Source: an uncultured Verrucomicrobiae bacterium
GTDB taxonomy: Bacteria; Verrucomicrobiota; Verrucomicrobiia; Palsa-1439
Assembly (NCBI GenBank): GCA_963812605.1
Contig: CAWEWF010000010.1
Span: forward strand, 64,001 to 128,000
Reading direction: 5' to 3'
Length of the DNA: 64,000 nt
A model generated the notes under the pieces. It was not told where the DNA came from. It made no database searches and saw only the letters and a program-made list of their open reading frames with translations. Made by a program: the position numbers and the translations under genes. Positions 51,395-62,796 of the stretch are shown one piece after another (the stretch's first letter is position 1; every line of letters starts with the position of its first letter).

Positions 51395-52426
51395 ATGAAA
51401 TCACAAAAACTTGTTGTCTGCGGAGCCTGTGGATTTTATCGGCGGCCATCTGGTTGCCGAGCCCTGAGGCAGGGTCATCGGGATATTCGTGCCGTTGATC
51501 AAAAACCCTTTCCCGAATGGTATCAGCGCCACCCGTGGGTTGAGAATCTGCAGTTGAATCTTAAGGAGAGCCTGCTGGTGGTGCCGGTAAGCAGTTGGGG
51601 GTGGGGCTAGTCGTTTACAATCTCGCGGCCGACATGGGTGGCATGGGCTTCATCGAGAACAACAAGGCTTTGTGCATGTTGAGTGTCTTGATTAATACGC
51701 ATTTATTGATGGCCGCCAAAGATGCGCGGATCGAGCGATTCTTCTACAGTTCGTCTGCCTGTGTTTACAATGCCACGAAACAGACTTCAGCGGACGTGGT
51801 CGCACTCAAGGAAGAAGATGCGTACCCGGCCCCTCCCGGAAAGATGGCTACGGGTGGGAAAAATTGTTCAGTGAGAGAATGTGCCGCCATTTTCGCGAGG
51901 ATTTCGGTTTGGTCACGCGCGTGGCGCGCTTTCATAATGTTTATGGACCAGACGGCACGTATGATGGCCGGTCCGGGAGGCGCCCCCGCTGCGATTTGCC
52001 GCAAAGTCATTCAAGCCCGGCGCAGCGGTAGCGATGAGATTGACATTTGGGGCGACGGCAGCCAGACACGCAGCTTTATGTACATCGATGATTGTATCAA
52101 GGGAGTACTGGCGATCTTGAACAGCGATATCATTGAGCCGATCAATTTGGGCAGTAGCGAAGCTTCGGTCACCATCAATCAACTCGTTGACATCGTGGAG
52201 GACATCGCCGAGGTCAAGCTCAAGCGTCACTACGATCTCTCAGCCCCCAAGGGTGTTCGCGGCCGCAATAGCGACAACACCCAGGATCAAATCGCTGCTG
52301 GGATGGGAACCGAACATTCCTTTGCGTGTCGGAATGGAGAAGACCTACCGCTGGATTTATGATCAGATGTCGGCGGATCGCCATCCTGTGCAAATGCTTC
52401 GCAGCCTGATGATGCCGCATTGTTAA
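51395..52426 (+). CDS. NAD-dependent epimerase, GDP-mannose 3',5'-epimerase-like (several frameshifts)
   Basis: VYNLAADMGGMGFIENNK, FYSSSACVY, APAAICRKV, IWGDGSQTRSFMYIDDC, PKGVRGRNSDNT. Confidence 0.85.
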
Positions 52427-52440
52427 TAAGCGGCTTTCCC

Positions 52441-53272
52441 ATGCAGTTTTCGATCATTACCCCCAGTTTTCGCAATTCCGACTGGCTCAAGCTCTGCGTG
52501 GCTTCCGTGGCGGATCAGAAAGGCGTCACGTTAGAGCACATTGTCCAGGATTCCGTCTCGAATGACGGAACCCTCGATTGGTTGCCAACGGATCCTCGCG
52601 TAACGGCATACATTGAAAAAGATGAGGGCATGTACGACGCCGTGAACCGCGGGTTGCGCCGGGCCAAGGGCGATTTGCTGGCCTATCTCAACTGTGACGA
52701 ACAGTATTTCCCGGGCGCGCTTCGCGCTGTTTACGATTATTTTCAGGCCAACCCCAAGGTCGATGTGGTCTTTGCCGACACCATCGTCGTCGATCAATCC
52801 GGCAAATTCCTCGCCTGCCGCAAGGCGGTACAGCCTCTGAGGCATCATGTCCCGGGCCAGTCATCTCCCGACTTTTACCTGCGCCACTTTTTTCCGCCGT
52901 AGCCTGATTGACAAGCATCAGCTTTATTTTGATACGCGCTGGCGTGACGTAGGTGATGCGGATTGGGTGCTGCGATTACTGGGCTTGAAAACGCCGACAG
53001 GAATCTTGCGCTACTACACTTCGGCCTTTACCCGGACCGGTGAGAACATGAATTTCAAGCCGAACGCGTTACGGGAGAAGAAAGAACTCCACGATTCCGC
53101 GCCGGCGTGGATGCGGTGGGGGCAACCCGTGATTGTTTTGCAACACCGCCTCCGCAAATTGTCGACAGGCGCCTATTCCCAGAAGCCGTTCCAGTACGCG
53201 ATTTACACGAAATCGAATTCAAAGGCACGAACAACTGTGGACGTCAAGCGCCCTGCTTTTCTCTTGGGCTAA
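52441..53272 (+). CDS. GT2 glycosyltransferase, WcaE-like (frameshift near 52852)
   Basis: FSIITPSF, EKDEGMYDAVNRGL, AYLNCDEQY; continues in ORF 52847..53272. Confidence 0.85.
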
Positions 53273-53342
53273 TCCACGATGAAAGCTCTTCTTCCAGAGA
53301 GCTGTAAGTACGGATGCTGCGGAATCGTAGAAAGCTTCAATC

Positions 53343-55641
53343 ATGAGGATTGGCATCAGCGCCCTCGGTCAACTCTCCGAGGACACCGGCGGACGCACCT
53401 ACATCATCAACTTCGTCCGCACCTGCATCGAGATGAAATTGCCGCACGAGTTTTTCATCTTTTACTGCGGCCCCAAGGAGGACGTCTGGGGAGAGTTGCC
53501 GCCCAATTTTCACAAAATCACTGTCCCGTTTTCTTATGGTTCTTCGTGGGCCAAGGGTTTCGGCCTGCAATTAGTGCTGCCATTTTGCATCATCGGCAGG
53601 AAGCTGGACGTCATTTATTTCACCAACAACTTTGCCTCTGTTCTTTGTTTCAAACCCTACGTCCTCGCCGTTCGCAGCACGCTCTATTATCATTTCCCCG
53701 GGGAAGTCCCGCCATTCAAGAGGCTTTATCGCAAGACGGTGTCACGATGGAGCGCCAGGTTCGCGCGCAAGATCCTCGTGCCATCCGCCAGCATCGCCCG
53801 CGACATTGTCCGTTTCATGGGGGTGCCCCCGGAGAAGATCACGGTTGTGCCGCACGGGGTGGAAACGGACCGGTTCGCAAAGCGTCCCTCGGAGACAGAG
53901 ATTGACGCGCGACTGGCAACCATGGGGTTGCGCCGGCCCTATTTTTTGTTCGTGTCTGCCCTGTGGCGCTACAAGGGTGCGGACAAGTTTATCGCCGCGC
54001 TGAAACTACTGCGTGAACGCACCGGCCGGGCCGATCTCTGGGGCGCCATCGTCGGCAAAGGTATCGGCGCCGAGGAATCCAGCCGTCAGTTACGAGCATC
54101 TGGCGGAGGAATCCGGGATGCGTGGCGTTGTGCATTTCCTTGGACAGCGACCCGTACGAGGACATGCCGTTCCTTTATTGGGGTGCGGAAGCGCTGGTTT
54201 TTCCCTCGTACTATGAGAGTTTCGGTAATCCGCTGGCCGAGGCCATGGCCGCCGGCACACCGGTCGTCGCGTCGAATCGCCACGCCGTTCCGGAGATCGT
54301 TGGTATGTCGGCAGTGACTGTGGATCCCGATCAACTGGAAAGCATCGCGCGCGCCATGGAGCGTGTGAGCCAGGATTCCGGGTTTCGAGAACAACTGGTC
54401 GCGGCCGGCCGCGAAAGGGTTAAGCGATACTCCTGGGAAAAATCTGTCAAATCCGCCCTGCAGATGATCGAGTCCATTTCCCGGCCCAAAATCCTTCTTT
54501 TTGGTTATCTGCCGCCGCCCTACTTCGGGCCGAGCGTGACCTACCAGGCGCTGATGAAATCGGAATTCTCGCGCCGATTCGACGTGACCTTCGTTGACAT
54601 CACCGTGGCCGGCAGCGTGGCCGACCTGGAACGTTTTCGAGTTGCCAAGCTTTTCAAGGTCTTTGGCGTCCTGCTGAGGGCAAGCGTCCTCCTGGCGACG
54701 CGACGATTTGATTTTTGCTGTTGCCCGGTTTCCGTAAATCGAAACGCGTTCCTCAAAGACGCGCTGCTGCTACAACTGGCGCGGTTCTTTCGTGTGCCGA
54801 CGGTGTTGTATGCCCACGGCAACAACCTCCCTGACTTTTACACACGGTGCTCACCACTGGTGAAAAAAATCATTGACCGGACCTTTCGCAACGCCGCGGC
54901 CGCAGTCGTGCTCGGCGAACGCCTGCGCTTCAACTTCGAGACGTGGCTGGGGCCGGAAAAATCTTCGTCGTTCCCACCGGTATCGAGCCCCTGGACGCCA
55001 TTCCCGAGCCCGTCCCTCGGTCATCGACCACCACGGTATTGTATTTGGGCAACCTGATACGTGAAAAAGGGGTGTTTATACTGCTGGAGGCCGCGAAGAT
55101 TGTCGCGGCCAAACGCAGTGACGTTCGTTTTGTGTTCGGCGGCGCGTGGTTTCGCGCCGAGGATGAACGCGCGGCGCGGGAATTCGTGGCGCAGAACAAA
55201 TTGGAGGAAACCGTCGAGTTTGTCGGCCCCGTGTCCGGCCCGGCGAAATGGCGGCTGGTTTTTCGATCGGACATTCTCGCGTTCCCGACCTTTTACTACT
55301 ACGAAACCATGGGGCTGGTGCTGCTGGAAGCCATGCAGGCGGGATTGCCCGTGGTGGCGACGCGGCGCGCTTCCATCCCGGAAATGATCGAGGACGGCGT
55401 CAATGGCTGGCTGGTCGAGGAACAAGACCCGGACGGCCTGGCTGGGAGAATTCTTGAACTGGCGGACAATCCTGCGATCCGAAAAAGGATGGGACAGGCC
55501 AATCGCGCCAGGTTTCAGGCCTACTACACCCACGAGCATTACGGACAGCGGATGGCCGAGGTGTTCGAAACGCTCACCCTCAGGCGGTCAGGGCATCCAA
55601 AGCCAAAAGGCGGTGGTCGATCCGGCGCGAGTTTTTCTTAG
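53343..55641 (+). CDS. Two tandem GT4 glycosyltransferase modules, possibly one fused gene (frameshifts near 54090-54150 and 54960)
   Basis: Module 1: FPSYYESFGNPLAEAMAAGTPVV...YSWEKS; runs without a stop into module 2: LPPPYFG...ETMGLVLLEAMQAGLPVV. Confidence 0.8.
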
Positions 55642-55684
55642 AAATATCTTTCACGACTTGGAGCACGTTTGCTGTGCCTCGGTT

Positions 55685-58343
55685 TTAGAAGTGACCGACG
55701 ACACGATAGAATCGTTTGGTTTGACCGGCGGTTGTCTTGTCGGTGATGGAAAGAGTGCCGCCGGTGCCGGAAAGGCCATTGGTCAGGACCGACCAGGTGA
55801 CGGTCTTCATGTCGCTGCGGTAATCCACTTCGTACAATTCGTTCGTCGTCGTGTTCGGCACGGTGGTGAAATTGATCACCGCGTTGTTGTTGGTCAATTT
55901 GAAGGATGTAATGGCGGGCGTAAGAGCCTGGAAGACCCCTTGGGGCAGCATCGCGACCTCAGTGGCGCCCAAGGTGCGGTTGAAGATCATTACGTCGTCA
56001 ACGACCCCGTTGAAGTCCCCGATTTGGCTGGCGGCATTGGTGCTCATGACCATGTTTCCTCCCCAAAAGGCGCTTCCCAGATAGACGCCGTTGACATAGG
56101 CCATAATGGTAGATTTATCGTAAATGACCACCACTCGGTACCAAGTGTTATTTTGGATGGCGCCGATGTCGAAGGCTGCTGACTGCCAACCGGCGGTGGT
56201 TTGCCCTTCCAGGTACAAGCTGCTGCCATCGACGTCAAACGCGAATCCGCTCGATAAAAAGTAGGATCGGATAGAGATAAAGGCGCCTACCCCTGAAGCG
56301 TCACGGGGATATATCGATGCGGCCACGGTAAAATTATTGGTAAAATTAAGCGCGCCGCTGGGCAGCACCACGTACGCACCGACACCGTCACAACTCACGG
56401 CTGAACCATCCAGGCCCGGAACCCATCCGTAAGGCGGAGTAAATCCTGTCAATGTTCCATTGGCGTGGCCGGCGGAATCGGCGGCGATTGTTCCCGTGTC
56501 CTCGTCGAACGTCCAGTAATCAGCTAGGCCGTCAAACAGATTCCCGACGACGTTGATCGTGACGGGAGTCGGGACACTCGTCGCCGGACCGTCGGTGGCC
56601 GAGAACGTGATGGAATAAGTTCCCACCTGGGCGGCGGTGGGTGTCCAGGAGAACACGCCCGTGGTGGAATTAAACAATGCGCCGGGGGGCAATGGCGAGG
56701 CTGAGTATGTCAGCGGATAGTTGTTGGAATCTATCGCCGACACGGTGAACTGCAGCCGGTTTCCTTTCTGAACGGATTGGCTGCTGATGGGGGAGAATAT
56801 CGGCGGAATGTTCAGATTCGGCGGCAAGGCAGCCAGTACATTGGCCAGCAGTCCGGAGGCAGTCAGGCTGCTCGACTGGAAGAGCACCGGCGTTTCCGTC
56901 AAGGCCGTCACGGAAGTGCTGCTGCCATAGATGTCCGTCGCGGCGAGTGTGTTGTTGAGCAACGATACCGTTTGTCCTTCCACGGCCCAGGCAAAAACGA
57001 TGGAGGTGTTGTTGGTTCGCTGCCACGCATACAAGTATACGATTTGGCCGGGGGTGCGATAGTCGACCAGCGTTGCATTGTTCAACCAATAGCCCGTCAT
57101 CAAGAAGGCTGACGTTTTGGGGTGCGGCCCGCGCATGCCGACATCCCAGCCGAACAATTCGAAGTTTGGATCCGACAGATTGGTGCTCAGGGGCAGGACG
57201 TGGGGTATCAGGCAGGAGACACCCGAGGCATGGTACATCTCCGTGGTCTTAATCGCACGGCACATCCCGCGATGCCAATCTAGGTTACTGGCAAATTCCA
57301 AGTCGATGTTGGTGCCCGTATCGGTCCCCAGGGCGCTGTGGCCGAAGAGCCCCAGTTCGTCGACGAAAAGCAAGCTGAGGTTGGCGAACCTACCGAAGGT
57401 CCAGATCAGGTTGTTTTTGGTGATGGAGCGGATCCAGTTCGGGGCGAGGTAGTCCACGTCGGGGGCGTAGGTGCCCCGGGAGTAATCGTGCCACGACCAA
57501 CCGTCGAACGTCGCCAACGGATTGGTGGCCATCGACAAAGACTCCAACTGGAGCGCGCTCGCCCAGGCCGGACCGATCACTTGAGGGGTGGGATCGCTTG
57601 CCTTGATCGCTTGCTGCGCTTGCGAGAACATCTGGAGGTAAAAACTAACAAAAGTGTCAAGGTTAGTGGTATTGGGGAATTTATCGTCGAAGGGTTCGTT
57701 CCAGATCTCAATCGCGGCGAGTTTGCCTTTGTACCGTGTTGCCAGAGCCTGCACGTAGGCGGTATGCAGTGGGATGATTTCATCGGGGCCCACCCAGAAC
57801 GGTGTGAAATCGGCGGATATCGCGATAATCTTGGAGCCTGTACTGGCCGCCACGGTCTGGTCCATGATGCTCCAGTTCCAGGCATCTCGATTCGTTTCCA
57901 CATCGGCCCAAATACTTTGGACGGTACGTACCCAGCTTGTACCCATCGACGCCATTCGTTGCGCACCACCGGAGTCACCGTTGGCAGCTTCACATCCGAG
58001 AAAAGAAGAGCCCGTGTAATCATTGGGCAGGACAGCGAACTGGTTGCGGTCACCGTTGCATTCAACAAAATAATGCCCGAGGGAACGGTGCAGGGTAGTC
58101 GGTGGGCCGAGGTAGACGACCGAGCCGTTCATGGCCAGCACCCGGATTGAGTAACGATTCGTGGTGCTGATCGTAATGGCATCGGAGAGACGGAATAAAC
58201 CCCAGCGGGTGCTCGGCGTTATGGAGATGATGATGTTGTTGGTGGCATAATGGATCGAAGGGATAAATGAAGAGATTGGATACTGCCTGGGCATCCACTG
58301 TTGCTGCGCGGAACCACGCAGCGACTGCCAAAACCATCAGCAC
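55685..58343 (-). CDS. Secreted multidomain protein: clan GH-A hydrolase (paralog 3), Ig-like repeat, LamG/ConA-like domain, C-terminal domain (frameshift near 58255)
   Basis: Signal peptide in ORF 58062..58343; AIEIWNEP/FVDELG; LPPGALFNSTTGVFSWTP; YWTFDE...FNGVVDDVMIFNRTL; ends YEVDY...W...KRFYRV. Confidence 0.8.
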
Positions 58344-58935
58344 TACAGGGAAACATCCCGCTCGTATCTATTGCGGCTGCAAGAACAATCGGATTTTTAA
58401 CGTCATCTCATACTGGCATGCGCACGTAGTTTGCTTTTGTGCGACGGGTACACTTACGGAATACAGGCAATGACCCACTAGCCAGCAGGAATTGACCTGT
58501 CAGTCATTCGGAAGACAACTGACTCTCGCGTGAACTTCTTGAGCTAGAATCTCCGTCCTTTTCATAGCTCGACCACCCCCCTCCTGAAGCGATCCCCATC
58601 GCCTCATTCCTCATGTCAGTTTACACCTTCCACAAAGCGCGTCAACTATATCTTATCCAAATGTAGTGTATCATTTTGCTCGAAGCCCATTTCGCGTAAT
58701 TTGTAGGGCAAGCGGCTCGCTTGCCGTTGCAGTTATTTCCAGGGCGAGCTGGCCGGTCGCCGTCGTCGTAGCCACGCCGCTCGTAGGCGTGTTTCGTCCT
58801 GAAGTCAGATCTTGTATGGCAGGGCCGCCCGCCTGCCCTACAATGCAGAACCACATCAACGAAGCCTGAATTCAAACTGACACACTACCTGATCCCGGAC
58901 AGGCCTGTGTTTCCGCTGTTCCGCCTCTATTATTA

Positions 58936-61427
58936 GTGCTCTTTCGACCACATATATGGATCAAATACCTCACTGCCGAGCCACCGAGCGTGCCGCAGAA
59001 TGGAAGATCCGTGTGGGGACGGATGCAGTCGGTTGGCTGGGTATTGTTGCTTCTGGCTGTTTTCACCTGGTTTTTTCACGAATGTATTTTTGATGGCTAT
59101 ACTCTGCTGACGACCGACGTGCTCCATCAACTCGTCCAGCCGTTTGGTGAATCCGTTCCGCATCCCGTTGTCCAAAACCATTTTACGCTGGACACGCTGG
59201 AGCAGGACTATCCCGGGCGGAGCGGTGGCAGAAAAGTGTTCGCGAGGGAAAGGTGCCGCTGTGGAACCCGGCCGTTTTCGGTGGACAACCACACGTGGCG
59301 ACCAGCATGGGCGCCGTTTTCAGTCCGTTCAAGTTGCTGCTTCTTTGGTCGAGCGTCGAACGCGGCTGGAGCCTGGGTATTGTTCTTCAATTCGTGCTGG
59401 CGGGCATATTTATGTTTGCCTTCCTGCGCGAATTGGGCCGCTCGCCTTGCGCCAGCTTCGTCGGCGCTTGCGCGTTTGGGCTGAATAGCAACCTACTGAT
59501 GTGGTACTGGCGCGAAACGTCCGCCTTCGTCTGGGTGCCGTTGGTGCTGTTCCTGTTTGAGCGTTCCGTGCAAAGGGACTCGTGGTCCTACACACTTGCC
59601 GCTGGCTTCGCGCTGGGTCTGGCGTTCCTGGGGAACAACGTCCAATCGGCCTTTCACGTCGCCTTCCTCTGTTCCCTGTACTGGATGTTGACCGCCCCTG
59701 GGGAGACCCGTCGCGGCGAAATGTCGCCGTCCTGCGAATTGCGGTGGCGTTGCTCATCGGGGTTTGCCTCTCCGCCGTTCAGTGGTTGCCGACGTTGGAA
59801 TTGATGAAACATGATGTGAGCGGAAGAGTGCAGGACGCGGGTCCACGACCGAACCTTTATCATACATTGTTGGGACTTCCGGTTTGCCTCAGCTTTGTCT
59901 TCAGCGGCCTAATCGGATCAACGGAATCCTATGATTTGACGAAATTGGCACATGCATCGATACAGGACTTTACGGCCTATGTGGGAGTGGTTCCGTTCAC
60001 GATGTTTCTGGTCGGCGCCGCCGATTTCCGCGAAAAACGGGTGCGCGCGTGGTTGATCATTGTCACCCTGGTGTTCATCGTCATCTTTTTCACTCCTTGG
60101 GTCGCGTATGTTTACCATCGGTTCTTCATCGTGGCGGTTTTTGGCGTAACGGTCGTGGCAGCCTACGGCACCGATTTTGTCCTGGACAAATCGCGCGATC
60201 ATTCTGTGCGAGTCCGCCGTGCGTTCCTGTGGATGACGGCGGCCTGCATCGTCCTGGCACTGGGCCTGATCCTCATGCAGATCTTTGTGCACCTGCGGCG
60301 CGCGGCATTGCTGGAGGCGGGACAGCGGTACATCACGGCGCATGCGGAGACGACCGTCTTTAGCGAGAAACGACAATGGCTTCGATCGGCTGCCCTTGTT
60401 TCTCGATCACTACCGCCTCTCCAACATTCTCTTCTGGTTGCCGATCAGCTCGGTGATCGCCGCCGCGATTGGTTGGTGGGCCTACGCCTACGGGCGGATC
60501 AGCCGAGGAATCCTGTGCGTCATGCTCGTGGTCTTGACGGTCTGCGATCTCACCTCCTCGGGACGTCAGATCGTGCCGCAGGTAAGCTTGCAGAAATACC
60601 CCTCTATCCTCCGCTCCCGGTTTTGGCGAAGGCGCAGGAGGACCCCGACCTGTTTCGCGTTCAACGGTGGCCGCAGCGGTTGCCGGGGTTTCTGCTGGAC
60701 AACATGCTCATGGTCTATGGCTTGAATACCGCGTCGGGTTACGAGTCCCTGGCGCCGGCCAATCTCGAATCATTTCTGGGGGCAACCAACGACGAAGACC
60801 TCGTCCTGCTGGATCTGGCGAACGTGAAATACCTGCTGGCAAGGCATTCGGTCGATTTGCCTCCGGAACATTTCGAACTGGTCACGGATACGCCAACCCT
60901 TCGTCTGTATCGCAATAAGCGTTGGCTGCCGCGCGCGCAGTTCGTAACCGATTGGCAGGTGGTTCCCGACCACCATCGCGTGATGACCCTGATGCAAACG
61001 CCGGGGTTCGATCCCAGGAAAACGGTGTTCCTGGAACAAGAGCCGCCCCCGGCTTTTGCCGTACCACGAACCAATGCGGGGAAGACGCCGCCGGTAACTG
61101 TCCAGATCGAGCATTACGAGAATGAGCTGTCGCGCTCCACGTGCGGAGCGCGCAACGGGGCGTCGTGGTGCTCGCGGACGTTTTTATCCGGGTTGGAAGG
61201 TCAAAGTGGACGGTCACGAAGCCGGACTTTACCGCGCGGACAGCGTGCTCCGTGCGGTATTTGTTCCCGCCGGTGCGCACGAGATCGAGTTTGTTTACGA
61301 CCCCTTTTCGTTCCAGGTGGGTAGGGCGCTCGCCGTGTCCTCCTTGGCCATCGCGGGGGTTTGGGCGCTTGCACGACTCCTGCTCTCCAAGGGCCCGGCA
61401 CGGCAGCGGAGCTTCCCCCTGCCGTGA
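58936..61427 (+). CDS. YfhO family GT-C-like membrane glycosyltransferase (several frameshifts; start uncertain)
   Basis: PLWNPAVFGGQP; SAVQWLPTLE; YVGVVP; SGYESL; LANVKYL; FYPGWKVKVDG...RAVFVPAGAHEIEFVYDP. Confidence 0.8.
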
Positions 61428-61455
61428 CATGGCATTTTGTGATATTTTGAATCCC

Positions 61456-62796
61456 ATGGTCGACATACCCACTCGACGCGAGCAGCGGCGTATTGCCATC
61501 GTGCGCCAGCCTCCACGATATGAATCGGCGAACGTGCGGCGTTCCGTGAACCGCGCCGTGGAGATCCTGGGTCTCACCTGGCAGGAAATCGTTCGCCCGG
61601 GAGACCGCGTGTTGCTGAAACCGAATTTCATCCGCGAGTCGCACGCCGACCGGCCGGACGAGTGGGAGCAGATCATCACGCATGGCGCCGTCATTGCCGC
61701 GGTCGCGCGTGAAGCCGCTGCCGCGATGGACGGCCGGGGCACCCTGACCATCGCGGACGCTCCGCAAACCGACAGCGATTTTGACGCGATCGGCGAACGC
61801 GCCGAGCTTCCCAGGTTGCGCGAACTGTTGCGGCGTGAATTTCCCGCGCTGCATTTTGAGGCGCTCGATTTGCGGCGCGAATCCTGGCGCACAAAACGCG
61901 GTGTAATCGTGGAACGCCACAAACTTCCGGAAGATCCACGCGGCTACACATTGGTCAATCTCGGCGAACACAGTTGCTTCCACAACAAGCAGGGACGCTT
62001 CTACGGCGCGGACTACGACACGGCATTCACGGCCCAGCATCACTCCCATGGCAAACACGAATATCTGGTCGCCCGTAGCGTGATGGATGCGGATGTGTTC
62101 ATCAACCTTCCCAAACTCAAGACGCACAAGAAAGTCGGGGTCACCCTCAGTCTCAAGAACCTCGTCGGCATCAATGGCGATAAAAACTACCTGCCGCACT
62201 TTTGCATCGGCACTCCCGACGAAGGCGGCGACGAATTTCCCGACAGCAAAGCGGCGACGAAATTCCAGAGTCGCGCGATCGCCGCGTTCAAGACCGCCGC
62301 AAAACGCGGCGGCGCGGCCACCAAACTCTGGGCGCCCCTGGCCAAGCGCGTGGGCTCGCGCGTCTTCGGCGACACCACGAAGGTCGTGCGCAGCGGCAAC
62401 TGGTGGGGCAATGACACGACGTGGCGCATGACTTTGGACCTGAATAAGGTACTGTGGCATTTCGACGGTGCCGGCAAACGGCGCACCAAACCCTTGCGCT
62501 ACCTGACCATCATCGACGGCATCGTTGCCGGCGAGGGCAACGGGCCCATGGAAGCCGACGCCAAGCCCTGTGGCGTCCTCATCGCGGGTACCAACCCGGT
62601 GGCCGCCGATTTCGTTGCCACGCGGCTGATGGGTTTCGACTGGCAAAAAGTGCCAACGATCCGCGAGGCGTTTCAAATTCCCGATCTCAAGCTGGCCGAT
62701 TTTGGTCCGGACGATGTCGAAGTTGCGCCCGAACTTGGCGAGATCTTCCATTTCCGGCCGCACTTCGGTTGGTTCGGTCACATCGAGGCGCCATGA
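61456..62796 (+). CDS. DUF362 domain-containing protein
   Basis: GDRVLLKPN, INLPKLKTHKKVGVTLSLKNLVG, IIDGIVAGEGNGP; ATG at 61456. Confidence 0.88.
   Translation: MVDIPTRREQRRIAIVRQPPRYESANVRRSVNRAVEILGLTWQEIVRPGDRVLLKPNFIRESHADRPDEWEQIITHGAVIAAVAREAAAAMDGRGTLTIADAPQTDSDFDAIGERAELPRLRELLRREFPALHFEALDLRRESWRTKRGVIVERHKLPEDPRGYTLVNLGEHSCFHNKQGRFYGADYDTAFTAQHHSHGKHEYLVARSVMDADVFINLPKLKTHKKVGVTLSLKNLVGINGDKNYLPHFCIGTPDEGGDEFPDSKAATKFQSRAIAAFKTAAKRGGAATKLWAPLAKRVGSRVFGDTTKVVRSGNWWGNDTTWRMTLDLNKVLWHFDGAGKRRTKPLRYLTIIDGIVAGEGNGPMEADAKPCGVLIAGTNPVAADFVATRLMGFDWQKVPTIREAFQIPDLKLADFGPDDVEVAPELGEIFHFRPHFGWFGHIEAP

Noticed and set aside
47100-52430. Mass pseudogenisation or phase variation of the GT4/Wzy/epimerase block
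   Set aside because: Single-base indels also hit efflux and reductase genes elsewhere, motifs are intact and no long slippage tracts are evident; sequencing error is the simpler explanation, though only polishing can confirm it.
58400-58935. Small ORFs or a shared regulatory motif upstream of GH paralog 3
   Set aside because: The ORFs lack motifs, and the GAAGTTC-like similarity to the region upstream of paralog 1 is short and on the opposite strand.
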